Part shown: positions 51,662-60,738 of the stretch, one piece after another
How positions within the stretch are numbered: the first letter of the stretch is position 1
Layout: each line of letters begins with the position of its first letter
Origin: Leucoraja ocellata
Taxonomy: Eukaryota
Reading direction: 5' to 3'
Length of the DNA stretch: 64,000 bases
NCBI GenBank assembly: GCA_036785375.1
Contig: JAWMAR010001015.1
Span: 248,001 to 312,000, forward strand
Translations under genes and position numbers: made by a program
The notes under the pieces: generated by a model
Databases searched by the model: none
Seen by the model: the letters and a program-made list of their open reading frames with translations, nothing else
Told to the model about the DNA's origin: nothing

Positions 51662-52048
51662 TATGCATCTAATTTCAAATGAAAACATACAGTTCAGCAG
51701 AAAAATTAAAAAATAAGCTGCAGTCAATGAGTTAAACAACATCTACTTTACAAAACCTGATTGAGCAAGTCCCCAAGCATTGCCCCCCCCCCCCCTCCCC
51801 TCCACCACATTGCTTCCTGTTCCTTCTCCCCTCCCCATGCCCCCTTCTTGCACCTAGGGCATCAGCGCATCCCTCCCCCTCCCACACTCCCCTCTTCTCC
51901 TTCACTCATCACATTCCCATCTGCTCCCCTTTCCCAAACATTAATCCTGCCTTCCTCTCCCACTCCTGAATGCCATCCACTCCATGTGTCTTATACCCTG
52001 ACATTTCCTCAGTGTCATGTCCTATCCTGTCCTTCCCACCCCACCCCC

Positions 52049-52158
52049 CCACCCCCCGCCCACTCGCCCCACCCCCCGCCCACTCGCCCCACCCCCCGCC
52101 CACTCGCCCCACCCCCCGCCCACTCGCCCTACCCCCCGCCCACTAGCCCCACCCCCCC
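52049..52158. repeat. 20-bp minisatellite in the putative 3' UTR, copy B
   Basis: About 5 copies of ccccaccccccgcccactcg. Confidence 0.88.
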
Positions 52159-52333
52159 TGTTTCTTCCCCAGCATCCCCAGTGCATTTCCAAGTTTATCT
52201 CCTGTAATGAGCGTTTGCAGAGCAGTAGCCTCAGATTGCCGAGTGAGTGAGTGAAAGACAAGGAGACTCCATTTGTCAACGTCAACAGCTGCATGGTGAT
52301 CTCTTGAGTGAAGGTGGCGTGTGTGTCGGCTGG

Positions 52334-52345
52334 TCATTGTTGCAC
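52334..52345 (-). CDS. Candidate cytoplasmic-tail exon TM2 (VQQ*), proximal copy
   Basis: Reads ctaac (branch-like) tttcctgtgtatattacag|GTG CAA CAA TGA in non-repeat sequence downstream of TM1. Phase 0 gives a KVQQ tail, comparable to the KVK tail of IgM. Confidence 0.65.
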   Translation of the reverse strand: MQQ

Positions 52346-52666
52346 CTGTAATATACACAGGAAAGTTAGATATTGTGTGTGACAAGGTGCAGCACAGATG
52401 GTGACCTGCAGGGACAGGCAAACTAAATAACAGACAGTCTGTCCTTAACCTCAGAGATGGACCCTCATGGACAGGGGGTCTGCAACATTTCTAGGACCCT
52501 CGAGGATTGGTGGTCTGTGCATGTGTGTAGGAGATGGACCCTCATGGACAGGTGGTCTTTCATTAGTGGCCCAGGTCAACTCTAAGGGATACACAGTCTG
52601 AATACCAGTTGTGGGCTGAAGAGAGGTCCCGTACTTGGGCTCAGTTTCCAGATACGGAGTACCCTG

Positions 52667-52979
52667 TTAGTTGTAGTTCAGTGATACAGCATCAAACAAG
52701 CCCTTCAGCCCAGGGAGACTGCGCCGACCAGCGATCCCTGCACATTAACACTACCCTACACACACTAGGGACAATATTTTTACATTTACATCAAGCCAAT
52801 TAACCTACAAACCTGTACATCTTTGGAGTTTGGGAGGAAACCGAAGATGTTGGAGAAAACATACGCATGTCACGGGGAGAACGTACAAACTCCGTACAGA
52901 CTGCACCCGTAGTCAGGATGGAACCCAGATCTCTGGCACTGTAAGGCAGCAGCTCTATCGCTGTGCCACCGTGATGCCC
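52667..52979 (-). mobile_element. V-SINE (HE1-like) in the TM1-TM2 intron, copy B
   Basis: Paralog of 19209-19521. Confidence 0.82.
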
Positions 52980-55200
52980 AACATTTGATATGAATACAAC
53001 GTTTGTTTGATTTCCTTGTTTGAGCCCAGGGTCATTGCCCCAAATACCTAACGTTCTATGAATGTTTGCTGTTTCAAGGCCCAGAGGACAGGAGTAAAGT
53101 GGAAAGGTTCAAAGACCAGGGGGATGTGAAGGGTCCCATAGAAACATAGAAAATAGGTGCAGGAGGAGGCGATTCGGCCCTTCGAGCCAGCACCTCCATT
53201 CATTGTGATCATGGTTGATCACCCCCGATTAATAACCCGTGCCTGCCTTCCCCCCATATCCCTTGATTCCACCAGCCCCTAGAGCCCTATCTAACTCTCT
53301 CTTAAATCCACCCAGTGATTTGGCCTCCTCTGTGGTAGGGACTTGCACAAATTCACAACTCACTGGGTGAAAGAGTTTATTCTCACCTCAGTTATGGCCT
53401 CCCCATTATGGCCTCCCCATTATTCTCAGACTGAGGCCCTTGGGTCTGGACTCGCCCAACATTGGGAACATTTTTGCCTGCATCTAGCTTGTCCAGTCCT
53501 TTTATAATTTTATATGTTTCTATAAGATCTCCCCCTCATCCTTCTAAACACCAGCGTCCTTCCTCAAATTAGGAGACCAAAGCAGTATACAATACTCCAG
53601 ATGTGGTCTCACCAGAGCCCTATACAACTGCAGAAGAGCCTCTCTACTCCTATACTGAAATCCTATTGTTATGAAGGCCAACATTCCATTAGCATTCTTC
53701 ACGGCCTGCTGTACCTGCCCGCCAATTTTCAGTGACTGGTGTACAAGGACACCCAGGTCTCGCTGTACCTCCCCCTTGCCTAACCTAACCCCATTGAGAT
53801 AATAATCTGCCCCCTTGTTTTTGCCGCCAAAGTGGATAACCTCACATTTATCTATATTATACTGCATCTGCCACGCATCTGCCCACTCACTCAACCTGTC
53901 CAGGTTACCCTGCAACCTCCTAACATCCTCTTCACAGTTCACACTGCCACCCAGCTTTGTGTCATCCGCAAACTTGCTAGTGTTGCTCCTAATTCCCTCT
54001 TGCAAATCATTAATATATATGGTAAACAGTTGCGGCCCCAACACCGAGCCTTGCGGCACTCCACTCGCCACTGACTGCCATTCTGAAAAGGACCCGTTCT
54101 TTCCTACTCTTTGCTTCCGGTCTGCCAACCAATTTTCTATTCATGTCAACACCCTACCCCCCAATACCATGTGCTCTAATTTTAGTCACCAGTCTCCCGT
54201 GCGGGACCTTATCAAAGGCTTTCTGAAAGTCTAGGTACACTACCTCCACTGGGACCCCTTCATCCATTTTACTTGTCACATCCTCAAAAAATTCCAGAAG
54301 ATTAGTCAAACATGATTTTCCTTTCATAAATCCATGCTGACTTGGACTAATCCTTTTACTGCTATCTAAATGCCCCATTATTTACTCTTTAATAATAGAC
54401 TCCAGCATCTTTCCCATCACCGAAGTCAGGCTAACTGGTCTGTAATTCCCCGTTTTCTCTCTCGCTCCTTTCTTGAAAAGTGGGATAACATTAGCTATCC
54501 TCCAATCCACAGGAACTGATCCTGAATCTATTGAACATTGGAAAATGATCACCAATGCATCCACTATTTCTAGAACCACCTCCCTGGGATGCAGACCATC
54601 AGGCCCAGGGGATTTATCATCCTTTAGTCCCATTAGCCTACCCAATACTATTTCTCACCTAATGAAAATGTCTTTCATTTCCTCTGCCCCGTTAGATCCT
54701 CTGTCTTCCATTACTTCTGGGAGATTGTATGTGTCTTCCTTAGTGAAGACAGATCCGAAGTACTTGTTCAACTCTTCTGCCATTTCCTTGTTTCCCATAA
54801 TAATTTCACCCATGTCTGCCTTCAAGGGACCCACATTTGTCTTTGCTACTCTTTTTCCCTTAACATATCAAATAAGCTTTTACTGTCCTTCTTTATATTC
54901 CTGGCCAGCTTCCCCTCGTACTTCATCTTTTCAGCATGTATTGTCCGTTTTGTTTCTTTCTGTTGTCCTATGAAAGTTTCCCAATCCTCTAGCTTCTGGC
55001 TACTCTTTGCTGTGTTATACATATTTTATTTTAGTTTTATTCTATCCCTAACTTCTCTTGTCAGCCACGGTTGCCTCCTACTCCCCTTAGAATCTTTCTT
55101 CCTTTTTGGAATGAAATGATCCTGCATCTTCCGGATTATGCCCAGAAATTCCTGCCATTGCTGTTCCACCGTCATTCCTGCTAGGATCCCTTTCCAGTCT

Positions 55201-55325
55201 GAAGAAGGGTTTCCACCCGAAACGTCGCCTATTTCCTTCGCTCCATAGATGCTGCTGCACCCGCTGAGTTTCTCCAGCATTTTTGTGTACCTTCGGTCTT
55301 CCAGCATCTGCAGTTCCTTCTTGAA
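55201..55325 (+). mobile_element. 125-nt Penelope pLTR-derived short insertion with a minimal hammerhead-like core
   Basis: 13-bp TSD ccctttccagtct (55188-55200, 55326-55338). Related to ~14628-14720 and, inverted, to ~21545-21633 and ~57703-57792. Confidence 0.72.
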
Positions 55326-55343
55326 CCCTTTCCAGTCTACCTA

Positions 55344-56248
55344 ATTCAATAATTAAGTTTGCTGATGACACTGTGGTGGTGGGCCTGATCTCAGACAACG
55401 ATGAGAAGGCCTACCGGGAGGAGGTGGCTGATCTAGCACTCTGGTGCCAGGATAACAGCCTCCTCTTGAACATCAAAAAAACAAAGGAGCTGATCATGGA
55501 CTTTAGGAGGGCACATCATCCGAGGACGTACACTCCATTGAGGATAAATGGGGATCCTGTGGATAGGGTGAACTGTTTTAAGTATCTGGGAGTCCACATC
55601 ACTGAGGATATGACATGGGCATCACACGCCTCAGCACTCGTGAGTAAGGCAAGGCAGCGCCTTTACCACCTCAGGCAATTGAGGAAATTCAGAGTGTCTC
55701 CGAGGATCCTCCAGTGCTTCTACGCAGCGGCGGTGGAAAGCATCTTGTCCGGGAACATTACCATCTGGTTTGGGAATTGCTCTGCCAAGGACAAGAAGGC
55801 TCTGCAGAGAGTAGTGCGTTCGGCCGAACGCACTATGGGAACTTCACTCACCCCCCTGCAGGAACTATACAACAGGAGGTGCAACTCCAGAGCAAATAAA
55901 ATCATGGGAGACCCCTTCCACCCCTGCAACGGACTGTTCCAGCTGCTACGGTCAGGCAAACGCCTCCGTTGCCATGCGGTGAGAACGGAGAGGTTGAGAA
56001 GGAGTTTCTTCCCAGAGGCAATTCGGACTGTAAATGCCTATCTCACCAGGGACTAACTCTACTAAACGTTTTTCCTTCCATTATTTATAATGTAAAAGAA
56101 TATGTGTGTTATGATTGTGTTTATAATTTGTTTGGTTGTTTTGTTGTTTGTCTTTTGCACAAAAGTCCGCGAGCATTGCCACTTTCATTTCACTGCACAT
56201 CTCGTATGTGTATGTGACAAATAAACTTGACTTGACTTGACTTGACTT
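55344..56248 (+). mobile_element. Rex1/Babar 3' fragment nested in the intronic CR1
   Basis: Same family as 27826-29214 (near-identical protein), with an (ACTTG)n tail. Confidence 0.9.
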
Positions 56249-57266
56249 GGCCAGCTCCTCTCTGATGCCTTCATAGTCCCCTTTGTTCAACTACATCACT
56301 GACACTTCCGATTTAACCTTCACCTTCTCAAATTGCAGATTAAAACGAATCATATTATGATCACTACCTCCAAGCGGTTCCTTTACCTCTCGTTCTCTTA
56401 TCAAATCTGGTTCATTAGACAACACTAAATCCAGAATTGCCTTTTCTCTGGTCGGCTTGATTAGAAGCTGCTCTAAGAATACAGTCGGAGGCATTCTACA
56501 AACTCTCTTTCTTGGGGTCCTGAACCAAGCTGATTTTCCCAGTCCACCTGCATATTGAAATCCCCCATCACCACAGTGGCATTACCTTTGTTACATGCCA
56601 GTTTTAACTCCTGCTGCAACTTACACCCTACATCCGGGCCACTATTTGGGGGTCTGTAGATAACACCAATTAGGGTCTTCTTGCCTTTGTAATTCCTCAA
56701 CTCAATCCACAGTGACTCTACCTCTTCAGTCCCTATGTCTTCCCTCACAAGGGACTGAATTCCCTCCCTCACCAGCAGAGCTACCCCCCCCCTCCTCTGC
56801 CCACCTGCCTGACCTTTCTATAGGCTGTATAACCCTGAATATTAAGTTCCCAGGCCTGATCCTCCTGCAGCCACGTCTCAGTAATCCCCACCATGTCATA
56901 TCTACCAACCTCTAACTGAGCTTCAAGCTCATCTACTTTACTTCTTGTACTTCGCACATTCATGTACAATACTTTTAATTCCTTACACATCTCACCTTTC
57001 ACATCGATCCCTATTACTCTCCTATCCCTTTGTGAGCTTTCTTTCCCTTTAATTCTGGGGTCATTAACTATCCCTTTACTCCCTTTCCCTTTAACTCTGG
57101 CCCTGACTATCCCATTTGACACCCCCGCCCCTTATTGTCCCAGACTGCATCATCTGTTGGCCGTGGTGTGGTGAGGATTGAAGAGTCAGAGAACACAGTG
57201 TAGTGAGGAATGGACGGTCACAGTGTGGGGGGGTCACAAAGTATCTTTGTCGTTGGTCATCGTTAC

Positions 57267-57406
57267 CTTGACAACAGTGACGAAGGTACTGTAGAGGAAA
57301 CTGATAACGAACAAGATGGCGAAGGCAGCAACTGTGAGCATATTGTCATCTCCATCCAAGTCCCCTGGCTCCACCTTCCCTTCCTCACCTGTCAATTCTG
57401 TGCCGG
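57267..57406 (-). CDS. IgW: Ig transmembrane exon TM1, proximal copy
   Basis: Not in the ORF track; translated by hand. 140-nt exon with acceptor ctcaccttctcatttgtcctgaag| and donor AAG|gtaacg, phase 1 in and phase 0 out. Encodes GTELTGEEGKVEPGDLDGDDNMLTVAAFAILFVISFLYSTFVTVVK: an acidic spacer plus the CART motif FxxLFxxSxxYSTxVT. Confidence 0.92.
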
Positions 57407-58427
57407 CTTCAGGACAAATGAGAAGGTGAGACAGTTAGTTTGACGCTGATGTTTTGTGAAGATCAACAACGTGTGAATAAAATGAAGACAACAGGAGGAC
57501 AGGAAGACAGGAGGCTTGGGTTAGTTCCACCGTTCAATGATATGTGGAGATCTATCACCAGCTCCACTGAGCTGACTTTCCCCCACATCCATTATCATCT
57601 CGTATAGTCAAACTCTGCAATCTCAGATATAAAATCACCTTCACACCTGGAACCAAATGCTAACTGTGGAAGGCAATTCCAAACTTCCATGAACCTCTGA
57701 TAGACACAAAAAGCTGGGGTAACTCAGTTGCACAGGCAGTATCTCTGGAGAGAAGGAATGGGTGAGGTTTCACGTCGAGACCCTTCTTCAGACATCATGA
57801 CCCACTTCATGTAGCATGGCTACCTCTAACTTTTAGACCCTGTACTTTGTATAAAGTTGGATTTCCATAAATCAGGGAGATCATTTGTAACCCAGGGAGC
57901 ACTGTATACAACTAAAAAATAATTCCTCCTCATCTAGTTAGTTTAGTTTATTGTCACGTGTACCAAGGTACAGTGAAATGCTTTTGTTGCATGCTAACCA
58001 GTCAGCGGAAAGGCAAAACATGATTACAAATGAGTCATTCACAGTGTATACATACATGATAAGGAATTAATGTTTAGTGCAAGGTAAAACCAGTAAAGTC
58101 CAATCAAAGATAGTCCGAGGGTCTCCAGTGAGGGAGATAATAGTTCAGGACCACTCTCTGGATGTGGTGGGATGATTCAGTTGCCTGATAACAGCAGGGA
58201 AGAAACTGTCCCTGAATGTGGAGGTGTGTAAATAGATCTTCACAGGATAATCTATTCTGTTAGCTCCCATTAACTTTGTGAAAACATCAAACAAAACTTC
58301 CTTTAGCCTTCTAAATGACAACTTGTTCAGCATCATGAAAGTAAGCATGCAGGTAGGTACAGCAGGCAGTTAAGAAAGTGAATGGCATGTTGGCATTCAT
58401 AACAAGAGGAGTTGAGTATAGGAGCAA

Positions 58428-58896
58428 ACATCCAGAAACAAAAAATACTACAAAAAGTTGTGACCATTGCCCAGTTCATCGCTGGCTTTGACCTCCCCAC
58501 CGTCGAAGAGATCTATCATAGTCACTGCCTCAAAAAGGCAGCCAGAATCATCAAGGACCCACACCATCCTGGCCACACACTCATCTCACCATTGCCATCA
58601 GGAAGAAGTTACAGGAGCCTGAAAACTGTAACGTCCAGGTACTGGAACAGCTTCTTCCCTACAGCCATCAAGCTATTAAACACAATGAATAAGCTCTGAG
58701 CTCCGAACTGCAAAAGACTATATTATTGTTTGTTATTTGCACTATTTGTTATTTATTAAACTTTTTCTTTTTTTCTCGTTCCCCGTTATGCACTATGTTT
58801 ATATATTCACATATTCTGTTGTGCTGCAGCAAGTAAGAATTTCCTTGTCCCGTCTGGGACATATGACAATAAAACACTCTTGACTCTTCTTGACTC
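58428..58896 (+). mobile_element. Rex1/Babar-like 3' fragment in the C-TM1 intron
   Basis: KAARIIKDPHHPGHTLISPLPSGRSYRSL..NSFFPTAIKLLN, then aataaa and a (ctcttga)n tail. Confidence 0.78.
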
Positions 58897-58998
58897 ACTT
58901 ACACACTGCAACACTTGTCCTTCAGTGCTAAACTTGCCTGGGCCTATTTTGTGACGGGGTAAAAGATGTGATGATTAGAGTGAATCCCAGCACCGTAC

Positions 58999-59316
58999 CT
59001 TGAAAGCTTTTCACTTCCCGGCTGATACTGGTGTTCGAGGGGGGATGAGACACTGTGCAGCCGAAGACTGAGCCTTTCTTCCAATCCTCTGAACTCACAG
59101 TCAGGAAGTGGCTGGCACTGAAAGTCCCCCCTTGCTCCAGAGCAGTCGGTGTAGCGCTGGTAGTGGAGGAGACTGGGGCTCCGTCTTTCTCCCAAGTGAC
59201 GTTTATGAGGTCCGGGTAGAAACCAGAAAGCACACACTCGAGGATGGCTGTGTGGCTTCGCTTGGTCTCTTGGTGAGCTGGAGGCAGCAGTCTGACCTTG
59301 GGTCTTTTTGTTTCAA
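58999..59316 (-). CDS. IgW: Ig heavy-chain constant-domain exon (IgW CH4-like; homologous to IgNAR C3)
   Basis: 318-nt phase-1/phase-1 exon with acceptor ctcctctgttccag| and donor CAAG|gtacgg. Encodes ETKRPKVRLLPP..AILECVLSGFYPDLINVTWEKDG..PTALEQGGTFSASHFLTVSSEDWKKGSVFGCTVSHPPS.., with the C1-set GFYP and CxVxH motifs. It is in frame with the upstream exon. Confidence 0.92.
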
Positions 59317-59358
59317 CTGGAACAGAGGAGCAAAGTAGATGTGAGACCCTCTTCCTCA

Positions 59359-59686
59359 AGGGCCTGTCCCACTTACGTGACTTTTTCAGTGACTGCTGGC
59401 ACCCGTCACAGGTCGCCGATGTTGAAAATGTTGAAAATCCAGCAACCACCAGAACAAGGTACGACTCTTTGGGCAACTACTCATGACCATACAGGTTTCA
59501 TCCCGCGACATATCGCCAGGGTGTCACTTGTATGGTCGTGAGTAGTCTGTTCAGTCACCAAAAGAGTCGTAGCATCTTTCTGGTCACCACTGAATTTTCA
59601 ACATGTTGAAACTTTTTGGCGACCTACAATCACCTACGACTGGTGCCGGCCGTCACCGAAAAAGTTGCGTAAGTGGGAAAGGCCCT
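59359..59686. mobile_element. Palindromic MITE, PIF/Harbinger-like, in the intron between the C exons
   Basis: Termini agggcctgtcccacttacg / cgtaagtgggaaaggccct, imperfect complementarity over most of its length, and a 3-bp TSD TCA. Confidence 0.82.
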
Positions 59687-59732
59687 TCATGGTAACTAAT
59701 GTTGGCCGTATCATTGCCGATCTCTCGCCCAC

Positions 59733-60035
59733 CTTTGGCACTTTCTGTCCGTGCTGACACTGGTGAGGATGATGGAGATCGTTGGGCAGAGCACACAACC
59801 TCCACCCCGCTGGTCCACTCCTCCACATTGCTCCGGAGTTTACTGCTCACTCTGTCTTGTGTACTTTCCCCTCTCGGTTGGCGGGTCACAGCCCCTGTAG
59901 TTCTCTCCCTTCCGCTCACTTGCCAGTAGACTTGGACCTGGCTCAGATCAGCGCCCATTACCACGCACACCACAGTAGCGGTCTTGTTGATCCAAATCTC
60001 TTCAGTAGAGGGGTTTTGGATAAAGACAGACAATT
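59733..60035 (-). CDS. IgW: Ig heavy-chain constant-domain exon (IgW CH3-like; homologous to IgNAR C2)
   Basis: 303-nt phase-1/phase-1 exon with acceptor tttctcatctgcag| and donor AAG|gtgggc. Encodes LSVFIQNPSTEEIWINKTATVVC..VYWQVSG..SKLRSNVEEWTSGVEVVCSAQ..RTESAK, showing the C1-set Cys/Trp/Cys pattern and an NKT sequon. Isotype is assigned from recalled similarity to chondrichthyan IgW/IgNAR. Confidence 0.88.
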
Positions 60036-60179
60036 CTGCAGATGAGAAATAGGAAGCTTACAAACCGGACAAGGTCTGGTGTTGTCGTCACCGATCAACT
60101 GGACTCTGACAACTTGCATTCATTTTCCAGACTCACTTTATTTACGTGTGCATAAGGAACAACCTCTCTCTCAATGTCT

Positions 60180-60735
60180 GCTAAACTAAAGAGCTGATCA
60201 TGGACTACAGGAGACAGCAGGGGAGTGGACACCTCCCCATCCATATCGGTGATGTTGACATTGAAAGGGTCAGCAGCTTCAAGTTCCTCAGTGTGTACAT
60301 CAGTGAGGACCTCTCCTGGACACTGCACACGGACACAATAACTAAGAAAGCCCGCCAGCGGCTCTTTCTCCTGAGAATACTGAGGTAGTTTGGCATGAAC
60401 GCCAGCATCCTCACAAACGTCTACAGATGCACCATCGAGAGCCTGCTGACGGGTTGCATCACAGTCTGGTACGGGAACTGTTCTGCCCACAGCCGCAAAT
60501 CACTACAGAGAGTGGAGAAGGCGGCAGAGCACATCACTGGCAACTGTCTCCTGGCCATTCAGGACATTTTCCACTGTCGGTGCCTGTGGAAGGCACACAC
60601 CATCATCAAGGACCACGGCCACCCAGCACACAGACTGTTCTCCTTGTTACCGTCAGGCAGACGATACAGGGGCATGGCTGCAAGTACCACCAGACTTAAG
60701 AACTATTTTGACCATCAGGCTATCAGGCTAAATAC
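60180..60735 (+). mobile_element. Rex1/Babar-like fragment
   Basis: KELIMDYR, FKFLSVYISEDLSW, KARQRLFLLR, IESLLTGCITVWYG and LPSGRRY. Confidence 0.82.
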
Positions 60736-60738
60736 TAT

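Larger units (their letters stand above)
53139..57136 (-). mobile_element. CR1 LINE in the TM1-TM2 intron, copy B (degenerate ORF2, two nested insertions)
   Basis: Endonuclease motifs (YMNVRS, GITETWL, YRPPN, GDFN, SDH) and RT motifs; possible TSD gtccca. Confidence 0.88.
22209..58366. repeat. Tandem segmental duplication, copy B (expanded by ~21 kb of private insertions)
   Basis: Same start and end sequences as copy A. The junction reads cagcagg-t-acaaatctcacc at 22201-22220. Confidence 0.93.

Noticed and set aside
57234-57266. TM1 read-through tail VTMTNDKDTL* (identical in both copies)
   Set aside because: It follows a good donor site and a plausible TM2 exists. Short open read-throughs are expected by chance.
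57740-57795. Sense-strand hammerhead in the C-TM1 intron that could cleave Ig pre-mRNA (paralog ~21590-21633)
   Set aside because: Stem II is mismatched and the ACGT palindrome is mutated to ACCT, so it is most likely inactive.
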